From Octopus vulgaris (Eukaryota), in NCBI GenBank assembly GCA_951406725.2, contig OX597815.1, forward strand, positions 67,022,001-67,086,000: a stretch of DNA of 64,000 bases, in the 5' to 3' direction. Under the pieces are notes generated by a model that was not told the origin of the DNA, did no database searches, and saw only the letters and a list, made by a program, of their open reading frames with translations. Made by a program: the position numbers and the translations under genes. Below, one piece after another: positions 1 to 14,200 of this stretch; positions within the stretch are counted from its first letter, which is position 1; every line of letters begins with the position of its first letter.

Positions 1-959
1 TCACCTGTTTGCAAGCAAGGTAATATTTCCTCATGGCCAGTCATGCTTTTGCAAAATATTGGAAATGAATGATACTGCTCAGCAGTGATACAGTGGCATT
101 CATTTACAACTACCACACAGTGTCAGACCAAAGAGCCACTAACATATTAACTCTTTCTCTCTCTCTCTCTTACACATACACACACATATAAAAAACGGGC
201 TGCCATCAATTTCCACCAACCAAATCCACTCACAAGGCTTTGTTTTACCTGGGGTTAGAGTAGAAAATACTTGGCCTGAGTTACCACACGATGGGGCTGA
301 ACCTGAAATCATGTGGTTAGAAAGCAAAATTCTTAACCACACAGCCACACCAAGCAGTATTATTCCCTTGCCATATCATAACTGAGAGTTAAAAACTAAG
401 TATGAAATTGCGTCCCAAGTAAGAGATGACCACATTCAGTGGTGAGGTTCCAGCTGGGCAGTTTAGGAGTTATAGGAAGTATGAAGTTATTCCTTAGTGA
501 CCACCACTTTCAGGTCTGCCCTGGCCCAGGGTGGTGGTACCTGTCACAGGCTCCTATTATGGGTCATGTAGGAGTCCTGTGGCAAAGGCATACAGGGCTC
601 AAAAGAGAGCTGGACCCTAGATATGTTACAAAGGCCCACTGATGTGTAGTCATGCTCTTATTATCATATGAACCAGTCTCTCTCTCTAAGTGTTAAACAG
701 GCCAGTGCCTCAAGAATAAGCTTGGAAGGGGTAGGAGACTAGCAGAGTAAACTGTAAATAAATCAGAAAGTACCAGAAAATCCCTGATGTGTCTTTCCTA
801 ATAAAAATCATGAATCTTCAGACTTTGTCAATGAACTCCATTGATTGTTGATGCCTGTAGGCATGGTACATGAGCAGACAAGAGAATAGAATTAGGTATT
901 GATTCTGAATAGAATTTATCATTGGTCCCTTAACTTAGGTTGGGAGTGAAACATAAAAA

Positions 960-1595
960 AACGTGTAAACACTGCTGTTATAGGATGTGTGTAACTGTTG
1001 TTACAGGCTATATCTATCAGTTATTACTATATGTTATGTATAACTGTTGTTATAGGCAGTATGTAACAGATACTGTTATAGACTATGTAACAATTATTAT
1101 AGGTTGTATGTAATAACTGTTGTTATAGGCTGTATGTTGTTAGGCGTAGTTGTGTGGCAAGAGGCTTACTTTCCAACCAAGGATCTGGGTTCAGTCCCAC
1201 TGTATGACATCTTGGGCAAGTGTCTTCTACTATAGCTTCGGGTCAACTAAAACCTTGTGAGTGGATTTGGTAGATGGAAACTGAAAGAAGCCTATTGTAT
1301 ATATGTATATATATATATGTGTGTGTGTGTCTTTGTGTCTGTCTGTCCCTCATCACTGCTTGACAACCAGTGTTGGTATGTTTATGTCCCAGTAACTTAG
1401 TGGTTAGGTAAAATAGACTGATAGAATAAGTACTAGGCTTAAAAAATAAGTCCTGGGGTTGATTTGTTCGACTAAAACCCTTCGAGATGATGCTCCAATA
1501 TGGCTGCAGTCAAATAACTGAAACAAGTAAAAGAATAAAAGAATAGATTGTATGTAACAACTGTTGTTATTGGTTGTATGTAGTAATTGTTGTTC
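960..1595. repeat. Degenerate minisatellite of about 22 bp (TAACTGTTGTTATAGGCTGTATG) interrupted by a SINE
   Basis: Copies at 960-1141 and again at 1546-1595 after the SINE. Confidence 0.7.
1142..1545 (+). mobile_element. tRNA-derived SINE (dominant family), full length, with LINE-like 3' tail
   Basis: Head with a B-box-like GGTTCAGTCCC, core CTTGGGCAAGTGTCTTCTACTATAGC, internal (TA)/(TG) tract, tail CAGTCAAATAACTGAAACAAGTAAAAGAATAAAAGA. Confidence 0.85.
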
Positions 1596-1736
1596 ACCCT
1601 CCCATCTAGATTAAAACTCATTGTATATAGACAGCTCTGATCAAGTGTGTAATTTGCATGCATATGTGAGAGTATGATAACCAAATAAAGAAAAAAAAGT
1701 CAACAAACAAAAAAAATGGGAGTGAGGTGTACATAC

Positions 1737-1862
1737 TGAATTCTCTTCAATTCCACCTGAGGTGGCATCTGAGAGTGTTTCTTGACTTTCTTCAAATATT
1801 ATAGTACTGGCCTTGATACTCTCATACATCACTTTAGATAATCGTGGTTGACAACCAATCAC
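1737..1862 (-). CDS. Dehydratase coding exon 7
   Basis: ttttag acceptor, gtatgt donor; 126 nt encoding [42 protein letters not shown]. Confidence 0.9.
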
Positions 1863-4800
1863 CTAAAATTTAAAACAAAATGAAATGAAAGATAATGGAT
1901 AGTAAACATGATAGCAAAGATATTTCATAACTTATATGATGTCTTGTTTGGTGAATCATTGTTGGGACTGAAATTCTGAAAGTAAAATACAATCGGCCAT
2001 CACTTTACCCTGCACTCAGTAAAAGGACAACATGGGACAAAGTTTTGAAGACTGATCTAAAAACACTGAACCTTACAAAGAAGATAACAGAGGACCAAGA
2101 TAAGTGGTGCATTGAGAAGATCCACCCATCACAACAAAATTGAGGTCCTAAAACCAAGATGTCACGTAAAAATCGCTGGTGTGGGTACTGATGCCACGTG
2201 AAAAGCACTGATGCTGATGCCACTTAAAAACCACCTGCGATGGTGCCACATAAAGAGCACCCAGTACACTGTGTGGTGTGGTTGGCATTAGGAAGGGTAT
2301 CCAGCTGTAGAAACTAAGCCAAAACAGATTATGGAACCTGGTGTGGCCCCTGGCTTTGTCAGTTCCTGTCATGTTGTCCAACCTATGCCAGCATGGAAAA
2401 CAGACGTTAAATGATGATGATGAATATATCAGCTTCTCCTGCATATAGATTGTGAAAAGATAAGCCACCAAAGGAGCTGCTTCACTTTACTGTGCCAGAG
2501 GCAAATTGCAATGTGGGTGGGAACACTTCTGTGTTGAGAAAAAATGATAAATTTTTAATTTTACAAACTCATAGATTTGTATCTTACATTAAATTATTGG
2601 GTTTGTTTTGGCTATCCAGGTGGACTTATCCAATAGATTCCACACCCCATTTTGCTTGTGATTAAATAAAAAAAATTATGTTCCTATTTTTGTCAACCTC
2701 CGCCCCAGATTTTAAAATTTTTAACCCTACCTCTCACCCTTCTTTTTTTTACACTTTTCTTTTGGAATCTGTTTTTTTTTTATTATTCCACATGTTCTGA
2801 AAACAACAACAAAAAAAAACCCCAAAAAACAAACCTTCTTTATTTCTAAAATTTCAATCCTGATTGCTTATGATAATTGTCCACTTTCAATTTGTGATCA
2901 TAAACTGAAATAATGCCTTTTATCATTTATCTTTTTCAGTCACTGGACTGCAGCTATGATGAGGCAACACATTGAAGGACTTCAGTCAAAGAAATCAACC
3001 TCAGTACTTATTTTGAGATCTGGTACTTATTCTATTGGTCTGTTTTGCTGTGTGGTAAGAAGCTTGCTTCTCACTTACATGGTTACAAGTTCAGTCCTAC
3101 TGCTTGATACCTTGGGCAAGTGTCTTCTACTATAGCCTTGGGCTGACCAAAGCTGTGTGAGTAGATTTGGTAGACGGAAACTGAAAGAAGCTTGTCGTTT
3201 TTTCATTGCCAGCTATTGTGGGTACAGTGTGTTCAGACCAGCTGGTATCTCTTCTCCATGTTTCACCAGCCTTAAGAAACTTCCATATCTGTCTGTGATC
3301 ATAAAGGCTGAAGTTGTGATTTAAGGAAGCTACAGCATGTAGCTTTGGACATACATCAGGTGGTAGGCCAGGGTGTCTTCTAAAGGTAATCCTATTTTCA
3401 TACCTAGCTTTATCAGAGACTAAAAGATATGAATGTGTCTCAGTAGAGTTTGAAAAAGACAGTCTGATTAGTCTAGGTTTCAGACCTAGTTGACCAAGGC
3501 AGAGAGCACCTTTTGGGGGAACACAGCCTAAGTCTTTGGATGACCTGGCAGCAAATGCCAGAAGGTCAGCTATATCCTCTGATACACAAATGGCAATTAC
3601 TTCATGGTTGACAGATTCAGTAGCTTTCTTGATGCATCTAAATTTGGCAAGAGCTACGGGGAGATTTTTTAGCAAGGCACTCTGATATGATCCCTCATTG
3701 TGGGGTCCTACATGAACGCTTGATTTGATTTCTGCTAAGGGGTTAAATGTCAATCAGTCAAATGGCTCTTCTCTGCATGCAGTCTAGGATGTCTGTGTGC
3801 TGCTCTGCAACTGCAGCACTGTTCCTGATGTGGGCACAGTAGACCACTCTGGGCCTCATTCGAGCCTTGTAGAGTGTCAGTAGTTGTTGGTAAATAAGGA
3901 GAAAAAAACATAATAAAGAAAGGAAGTAGATCTACTTACTTTTATATTTGGATTTACTTGCTTTAGATATGCAGCAATGCCAGCAATAAGGCCACCACCT
4001 CCAACAGGTACAAAGACATTTTCAATGTCAGGTTGTTCTTCAAATATTTCAAGTCTAAAAAAGTGAATCAATAAATAAAAACTACCAAATAATAGTAAGC
4101 TCTCAACAGATGCTATATCCTCTGCTCTTCTGAAATTACTGATTGTAAACCATCTAAATTCATTCAATATACTCAGTTTTTATGCTTTCACCATGCCCTT
4201 TTAACTCACCTCCTACACACTAAATTAAACATGCCATACAATCCATTTTCTTCCAGAATTATAGCATCATTCTGAGGCTCCATTTTCATCAGTTTGCAAT
4301 TCATGTCACAAATTTAGTATTCAAATTGGCCATATCCAGCTGAAATATTCTACCAGTTTTATATTAAAACTGAGCAGATCTAGTCTTTCATACTCATCCA
4401 ACAATGTCCTAAAAATAAGCTATCACACCATGAAAGTCTTTTACCTACAAGATAATGCATGATTAATTTAAAACAATATGAATAAATAAGCATTACATTT
4501 GACAGAGTAACCTGAATGCTAAAGGGTTCAATTAATTTATTGATACATATTTTGCATTGGCTGAAACCAACATTTTGTAAGGAACTTATAAAGTTGGACC
4601 GTATCTTTTTACTGTTTACTGTTTATTTCTTTCAGTCATTGAACTGCAGCTTTCTGCAGCACCACCTTGAATGGTTTAGCTGAATAAATTGGCCCTAGTA
4701 CTTATTTTTTAAGCCTAATACTTATTCTATTTGTCCCTTTTGCTGAAATACTAAGTTATAGGGATGTAAATAAACCAACACTAGTTGTCAAGTGATGGTA

Positions 4801-5200
4801 GGGGAAAAAACACAAACATATATTATATGTTGTGTGCATGCGCGTGCATGCATGTATGTGTTTAATAATAGGTAAAAGGGATTAATAAATCCAGGTAGAT
4901 GTCTATAAAGTGTAAACAAATTTAGTTAACTATATCCAACAATCAGATACCAATAAATGCAAGTAGAACTAACATCCATAGTAATTCTTCCTGTATGACA
5001 AAGCTTAGAATTTCAAGAAATTCTGAGTATAAGACAACATGTATAATTGGTGATTACGTCATACATTACCAATGATTGTTTCTATTGCACCAGCATGTTT
5101 AGATAAAGAAAAAGATATAAAATACAAGCCAAATTTATATATCTGACAATATATGCTAACTGAACATTATCAAGGCAATCCAAAATTGGTTAAATTCAAA

Positions 5201-5245
<45 letters not shown>

Positions 5246-8200
5246 TCTTCTTTCAGTTTTCCTCCATCAAATTCATTTACATGACATTAGTTGACCTGAG
5301 GCTATAGTAGAAGATACTTACCCATGTTATTACACAGTGGGACTGAACCTGAAACAACATGGTTGAAAAATAAGCTTCTTAACCATATATCCATGCCAGC
5401 ACCCTGGATTTTTAAGGCATTTTCAAGGCTGACTTACCAACCAGGATACCAGCTAGTCATGGAGTTAATCTCACAAATATTACTGGTACTTATTTTCAGC
5501 TGAGTGTACTGGAGAGTATATGAAATAAAGGACCTTTCTCAAGGATAAAAAGCATTGCTGGTTCAAGAATCAAACTTGCACACTTTTAATCACAGGGCAA
5601 TGTGCCTTCACAAAGGAGTGATATTGTTAATGGAATAAACCCCAGTTCATGGAGTCAGTGTAGGATTATAGTCAGAATTGGTATATTCACTAATTTGTTG
5701 TTGATTATTTATTCCAAAGAAGAGAGGTAGAACCATTAGAGCATTGGACAAAATAATTCATGGCATTTATCTTTTACCTTTTACTTGTTTCAGTCATTGG
5801 ACTGTGTGGCCATGCTGGGGCACTATTTCACTATCGGGAAAAGTCTTTTCACAAATTTCAGTCAAGTGATTTATAAGGATGAAAGGTACATGATGTTCAG
5901 TATCATAACCTGTTAGTAGCAAGTCTGCTTTAGCTACTTTTCATTTAATGTATCATATATTTTTTTAACAATAAATGAATCTAATTTAATAGCAGATTTC
6001 ATACAAGCTTTCTTGTGTTTGGCAGTGTTTTTATGAGCTAAGAGCATTGATTTGTTTGCATTTTTCAACACAATGTTGCAACAAATGCAGTAGCAGGTAT
6101 CAGGATTTTTATCATCTTGCCGTAATCAATCCTTAGGCTCAGCATCTTCTTGAAATTTTGGGTGTACCACTTCCTCTTTTTGGACACACTATTGTCTGTC
6201 ATTACTTCACAAAGGGTTATAAAACAAAAACACTCAACATGTTAAACAAATTTTAAATTGCGATTAACAATCGAAGTGCACACCATCAACACAGTCAAGC
6301 TGTCAGCTGGTGGTGTCAGAGCTTCAGACAAGTTGTAACCAATGCGTTGTAACTTGTAGTTGCCCGGTATGATTTAAGTATAAACAAATAATGAACGCAT
6401 ACGATCAGGAATTACGTCACGTACAATATTTGTATTGATGAATTCATTACGTGAGATGATTATGGATGATATACAGAAAGTTTACAAACTATTATAAGGG
6501 GTGCAACTTTGGTACATATTGCATGCAAAGAGTATGATACCGAATTCTCTTTAAAAAATAAGTTTGCAGCCAAAACTAACTTAAAAACCCAGATTTAATG
6601 TAAATTTGGAAATTAAAACCCATAAACCCATCATTACTACAAAAACACTGGCCATAACCCTTGTTAGGGTTAAATTATCCATGACTCTTGAAGGATTTGT
6701 TAGACTAACGAGCTTGATATAATTCATGTTCTGTTTGAATTGTTGAAGGTTGGTGTTTATAGGGAAAAATATGAGTAGGAAGAATTGACTAAAAGCTTGT
6801 ATCAGTGCAAGAAGAATTGAGGAGGGGTTTAGAATAAAGTTGTCAGAGGGGGACATGGCAGAGATGATGGGTACATGTACTGAGTGAGTTTGAGCACAGG
6901 CACTCAATTTGTTATTTCAGGGCACCAGAGGATGAAAGTGTAGTGGTTACAGCATGGTAGTGAGTGTGTGAAATTATATGGCAGGGAAAGGGTACCTGTG
7001 GACAGTAAACACAGGGGCCCAGGTGGGGAGCTAGAATCCAGGGGGTGAAACAGAAAAAAAAAAGCTTTGGCTGCATAAAAGTAAAGCATCATTGGAAACT
7101 CGCTGATAAGAATTAAAATAGCAGCAAAATAAATATGACAGGGATGACTATAGGTGGAGGTGTGGTTATGTGGTTGAGAAGCTTGCTTTCCAACTGTGTG
7201 GTCTTGGGTTCCACTGTGCAGCACCTTGGGCAGTGTCTTCTGGTATAGCTGTGGATCAACCAAAGCATTATGGATGAATTTGGTAGGCAAAAGCTAAAAG
7301 ATTCCTATTATGTGTGTGTGTGTGCATATATATATATATCATCATCATCATAGTTGTCATTTTTACAGCCACCATTCTATGCTACCGTGGGTCAGACAGA
7401 ATTTACTGAGACAGATTTTCTATGTCCAGATACCCCTCCTGTCATCAGCCCTCACTTGTTTCCAAGTACAGTAATATCACCCTATGACCAGACATGTTTT
7501 TCATGGAAGACTGAAAATTAACAAAAGACATTTTATAAATACAAACAAACAGAATTTAAGAAAGGATGTATGTTGTACAAACCCTATTGTTCCTTGGCCT
7601 GCAATGACATCAATATCATTATAAGGGGAAATAAATGGGATTCCCTTTTCCTGCAATGAACAAAAAACAATGTTAGTGTCTCTGCTACATAGCCATTGTC
7701 ATAAGCCGTTTCTCTTTGGTTGTCATCATCTTCATCATTTTCATTATCATTTGGTGTTAGGAAGGCATCCACCTGTGTCAAGTTTCACTGATATTGAGAA
7801 TTCCTTGTTTGCTTGAATTCCTATGGTTCACTTCTTGAAGTAAGGTTCTTCATAATTGTAACAATATTTATCTTTTTCACCTCCATCCAATCACTCACCC
7901 TCTCTTTTAAAATGTGAGTAGTCACATAGTTCTTCTACAACAAGAAATCTGTTCTGCTTTGGCTCCTTCTCTCGTCTTATAACACCTCATCTTCTAGCAT
8001 AAAGCTGTCCCCCAAGGGGTTTGTAGTCTTGTTGGCTGCATGGCAACTTCATGAGTGCTGGTAGCATCAAAAAAGCTCCCAGTATACACTGTAAAGCGGT
8101 TGGTGTTAAGAAAGGCATACAACAGTAGAAACTATGCCAAAGTAGAGAGTGGAGTTTAATGCAGTCCTTGGAACTATTGGATTCTGTCAAACTGACCAAC

Positions 8201-11200
8201 TTAGGAAACATCAATGTCGAATGTTGATGTCAATGATGATCATGATAAAGGTGATGATGTAGTCCTTGTCAGTTTAATTTCCTATTTCATTTCTTATCGA
8301 AGTAAGGTTCTTCATATTTGCAACAATTTTTACGATATGTAGTTTCTTCCAGAAGATAAAAAAAGATAAACAAAAATCAATGGCTGATTTCAACTTACTT
8401 CTGAGTACTTGCGAGCAGCATTCTCTGCATACATGCAATCTTCTCCAAAAACAGTGAGTGAAGCTTTGTTTGCAATTAAGCGCTCATGTTTTGAAGGGGA
8501 AATTGTTTCTGGGACAAATACATGAACAGGAATTCCAAGTTGGTTCATAGCTTCAGTCTGGTAGGATTGAAATTAGAGAAAAGAATAGTAGCAGTACACA
8601 CACACATATAAATATAAAATAAAAAAAAAAGAGGTTTACTTCTGTGCAAGAAAGAATTTAGGAGAATTGGTTTTGGGGTCAAAAATGCATCTGAATCTTA
8701 AAACAAATAAAATTTAAAAATTTTTTTACAAATTTATTAAAGTACTAATCTGGTTTCAACAATATTTTTTGTTTTTCTAGGGTAAATAAAAGATAAAATT
8801 TTGAAAGAAAGTGAATCCATAGAAGAAAATTCCATAGAGGTAAAACAAAAACATGCTAAAACAATCAAATGTTCATGCTAATTCAAATATTCAATAAATT
8901 TTATAGTTATAGGAAATGATAAAAGTTCCAATGTTTTATGAATTTCATAACAATAATACATGATTGAGAAGTCAATACGTTTTAAAACAATAAAATATAT
9001 TAGCAATCAGATATGATGAAGACCTTAAAAATTTTTTTTTTACAAGTTCTATTGTGATGTTGTATGAAGGGGAAATTGTTTTTGTCATTTGCTTTTCTGG
9101 TGGAAACTTGAACTGTTTCAAACTGATATTGCTTTGTAATATATAAATTTTAAGATACAGGTTCAAGTCCTCATTGGTTATTTATTCAAAGTATGTCTCT
9201 AGCTCCTCCTATAGAAAAGCCTGAAGAAAGGGATGGGAAACCTTTATTCTCCTTAGACTATATTATTAAATCTCTTAGCTATCTTTGACTGTTTGCAATT
9301 CAGGGTAGTTGTCAATGTATATTCCAGAAGTTATTGATTGAATACTTATTAGAAATCAATAATCCCTTCATTCTCTCAATTAAAATATTTTCAATAACGC
9401 CTAATTTGGTTTAATCTATCATATGCATAGTCTAAATTCTATGTTTTTCTGTTGTTGAATTTGGTATGGTAAAAGAAAGGAACTTCGATAAGATGTTGAA
9501 ACTACTTACACAAGCCATAGCATGGTTACCAGTTGATGCTGCCACAGCTCCTATTTTGTAAATATCAGGATTAGATTCTTTAAGCAAGCATAGCTTGTTA
9601 AAGGCACCACGTACTTTGAAAGACCCTGTACGCTGCAAGTTTTCTAGAAGAGAAATCAAAGGCAGGTATTTTTAGGTATGACTTGAAGTGAAAAAATGTT
9701 CAAAGAATATGATGTTGGCTTAGTGCTATTCTTTTATTTGTTCCAGTCATTTGACTGCAGCCATGCTGGAGCACCACTTTGAAGGGTTTTAGTCGAAGAA
9801 ATTGATCCCAGGACTTTTTTAAAGCTTAGTTCATATTTTATTGTTCTCTTTTGCCGAACCACTACGTTACGGGGACACAAACACACCAACACCAGTTGTC
9901 AAGCAGTGATGGGGACAAAAACAGACACAAAGAAACACACACAAATACATGCACACACACATGTGAAAACACATGCACACATACACATACATATATATAA
10001 AATGGGCTTCTTTCACTTTCTGTCTACCAAATCCACTCACAAGGCTTTGGTTGGCCTGAGGCTATAGTAGAAGACACTTGTCCAAGGTGCCACACAGTCG
10101 GACTGAACAAATATCCATATCATCATCATCGTGATTATTGTTTAACACACACACATCATTATCATCACCATCATCATCACTATTGTTTAATGGCCATTTT
10201 TCCATGCTTGCATGGGTTAGATGGAATTTGCTGAGGCAGATTTTCTGCAATTGAATGCTCCCTAGAAAAGTAATATTTCTCCATGGAAAGACATGTTCTT
10301 TATTGAAGACTGGAAATGAACATCATTGCTTGTATGATTGTGATGCTCTACAACCATCATGTGATGTCAAGACAAAGCTACAAATGCAACACACACACAT
10401 GGAGAGTTTATTACAGTTTCTGTCTATCAAGTCCTCTCACAAAGCTTTGTTTGATCTGGGGCAATGGTAGAAAATGCTTGCCCAAGATGCTGTGCAGTGG
10501 GACTGAACTTGAGACCACATGGCTGGGAAGACAGCTTCTCAACCACACACCAACACCTGTGCATACGAAGGATAACATTCAAAGTTGATCTTGGTGGAAT
10601 TTGAACTCAGAACATAAAGAGCTGGAAGAAATACTGCACAGCATTTTGCCAATGCTCTAACAATTTTGCCAACTCAGAACCCATTCATCATCATCATCAT
10701 CATTTAACATCCATGTTTCACGCTGGCATGGATTGTATGGTTTGACAAGATTCAACAGGCCTAAAGCCAGCATTCTGCCCCACTGTCTGATTTGGTATAA
10801 TTTCTATGGCTGGATGCCTTTCTTAACACCAACCACTTTCCACTAGCACCAGTGAGGTTACCATGCAGCTTGCAAGACTACAAAACCTCTGTGTGTGTGT
10901 ATGCGTGTGAGAACTTTATACTAGATGAAGGTTAAGGATGGGGCAGAGCAGGTTCGTGTTGTAGAGGAGTTATGTGGTTACTCACATTCAGAGAGAGTGA
11001 AAATAAGCCAGTAGGAGCTGCAAAGATATAAATAGCAATGATTGGGTGGCTAGGTAGCTCCTTCATGTACAAGGTGAGAACAATAGTGTTAGATATTTTA
11101 TCTCAAAGAGAGGTCTAACAGCTGCTGAAAGAAAATGAAACAGGTGTTTGTGTATTTGATTTCTGATGGTTGATATTCCATTGACCAAGGTAATACCAAT

Positions 11201-14200
11201 TAGCTCTTGGAGTTTTGTTTCCATATACTGCTGACCATGTGCAAGAATCTCTCACCCAGTGAGAGGATTTTGGTATCATGTATGCATGAGGCAGTGTAGT
11301 TTTCTGATTAAGGAGTAAAAGAATAAGTTGAGCTTGATTAAGGAATAAAGTGGATTTGAAATAAATACTTTAATGCATTTTACCTTTTTGATACCAATCT
11401 GTCTATGAACACCTCAGGTTCTATGACAGACTTTCTGCTTATAAAATGATCTAAATTAAAGCCATCCATCAAAATTTCAGGTTAATTTCTGTTCCTAACA
11501 CCAGCTTAATATTAATGACAAAATTACTTCTCAATTCTTCATTATTTTCAAAATTAATTGAAACAAAGGCCGTGTATTTTAACAGAAATATGGTAAAAAA
11601 AAGGATTAAATTTGCTATCACCTGCTTCAGTCAAATCTGGCTCCTAGATTTAATTAAATATTGGTTTCAAATTTTGGTACAAGGCCAGCACTTCCAGGGG
11701 AGAAGCTAAGTCAACTGGTGCTTATCTTATTGACCCCGAAAGGATGAAAGGTAAAGTCTATCCCAGTGGCATTTAATTAAGTTTAATTAAATTTAATTAA
11801 ATATTAATTACTATATATATATTAGATTACATAGATTACTATAGAAGAGTGAGATTAAATTATAATAAACTTACCACATTTTATATATACATGAGAACCT
11901 TCTGCCATTTTAGACAAGAATGGAGAATATTCCAATGGTGTGACTCTAACATAATTCTTTATTTGTTTCTTTGCTTTATAAATTTGTTTTAATGAAACCA
12001 GTTGAACTTTCTTTAGGTTTGAATTCTCTGAAAGATAATATTTATTGACAATTCATAAATTCTAGAAGACATAGAAAAGCATGGGGTGAAAAATGGAAAT
12101 TTATAATTGCCATGTTTTCAACAGAATAAATAAAATAGTTCCCAAATAGGAATTATAAATAGTCCTGCCCAATATGTAGAAAAGGTGTAGGTTGAAATTC
12201 TATATGGTGTAATAAGTGCAAATTGTGGATAAATAAGGGGTGCAGTGGAAACACAGGAAGATTTATATGGAAAGTGGACCTTGTGTGTGACAGATGTGAA
12301 AGAGCAATGAAGTTTAAGAACACACAGGAAATAGATTTCTTTGAATGTATAGGAAGATCCTTAGAAGTAGTAGATAGTTTCTGTTACCAAAGTGACTTAA
12401 ATAGTAGAGGAGGAGGTTGTTTTGAAAGTACAGCCGCATATTTATCCATACAACTGTTTTAAGAATAGCTGCACAACTGGTGCAGCTCTGTATGCTAGCT
12501 GATTTCTGTGTCAGCCTATTTCATCTTCAGAGGGTCAATGGATTGAAACTCAATGAAGCTATAAGGGACAATCTACACACATTTTTTCTTTCAGTTCCAC
12601 GGTTTTACCTGTGATAGCTTTCTACCAACCAATGTAATATCAATACAATGGACTTACTTTCTGCCTCTACCTGGAGTCTGCCTGTTTACATTGTAACTAT
12701 CAAGAACTTCCCACAGTGGAACTTTTACTAACCTCCTGCTATTTATACTCAATTATGCATTTGTTTCCCTGTTGTATAAATATGTTATAATCTAGTCGAT
12801 ACCTGTTGTTTACCTGTCTATCATTTCCTTCTATATATCAGCTTGATCAAATTTGGCCTGAGCACAAACTATATGTATCTATTATCTTAAGTCGTTCAAC
12901 ATCGTATTTCCTACCATATGTGTATGTGTGTGCGTGTACAGACATAGTAGCCTATGTAGTTGATATATAAACAGGGTAAATTTAACCATTTCTTCGTATA
13001 TTGAAAAGACACACACATACACACGCGCGCGCGAGCCAGAGCAGGTCAACAGAATTAAGGGGAGCAACTCTGTTGAACACTCGCGCATGTGTGTGTGTGT
13101 GAGATAATGTTCCCTTAAGGAAGGAAGAAAGTATCAACCACTTAATATCGCAGTAGTATGTTCCAGAATTATTGGTTCCTACACTGGTCTACATCAAGTA
13201 AAAGTGAAAAACAGCCATTTAAAAATATTTTTTATTCATCCGGTCTAGTCACAAAGTAAAAGTGAAAAACCATTTTAACATTTTAAAAAATTCACCTTTA
13301 CCCTAGAACTTTGAAGGATTCTAAACCTGATCACTAGACATGCTAGAAACAGTGGCAAAATCTCGCTAAAATCACACTATACTATTTTAAAAGAACACGC
13401 ACATTGTAATCTACGATACGCTGTATGAAAAAACCAAGTACTAAAACACGAAGTGATCATTGCCAGAATTGCCTGCTTGACCAGGGCTAACTTGTGATTG
13501 AAAAACGACAACGAGGGAGTGACTCAACCATCTAGATATGACAACTAAATGTCCCTCAAATCACAATGGATCATATAATCTTCGATGTACAATGTTTAAA
13601 AAACAAATAGAAAAGGGTGCGAGAGAGTTACGACAAGCACGATTTTAACCAAGGGTCTGTTAGATGAGGACAAATTTGAGGCTAATTAACACTTTTAAAA
13701 ATTTGTTTTTGACATTTCTTCAATTTAAATTTATTATATCTGCAGATATAACTGAATTTGTGAGGAGATGATCCTACAGACAACAAGCATGCAAAACGAA
13801 TCAAGAAAATAACATTTAATGATGTAATTAATAATAATTAATTAATCAATTAATTAATAAACGCAGTTATTAATTTAACCGCTTGAAAATAAACATCTCT
13901 AATAACAGCAACAAGAATAATTTTATTTACTATAGGTTCAAGATCATCAACTTTTTAGGGGAGGGACAAGTCGATACCATCGGCTCCAGTACTCAACTGG
14001 TAACTTATTCTATAAACTTCGAGAGTATGAAAGGTAAAATGAAAACGTCGGAATTCGAACTAAGAACGTAATCCCAGAATAAAATGACGCTTATCGTATT
14101 GCTCGGCGTGCTAAAACAATAATAATACTGGTTTCTTTATAGAAATTTATTCATAATACCCACACAGCCCTAAAAGCATTTAGGACAATACAAAGACAAA

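Noticed and set aside
1142-1215. tRNA gene candidates at SINE heads
   Set aside because: Degenerate A/B boxes run into SINE bodies; no complete cloverleaf.
1-1736. Search for the next dehydratase exon
   Set aside because: No phase-0 exon with the expected downstream motifs found; it presumably lies beyond the window start.
9050-9110. [13 protein letters not shown] resembling exon 5, plus a 17-bp match (TGAAGGGGAAATTGTTT) to exon 4
   Set aside because: No conserved IAGQGT, wrong order in the gene and no convincing donor; probably chance or a tiny duplication, not an alternative exon.
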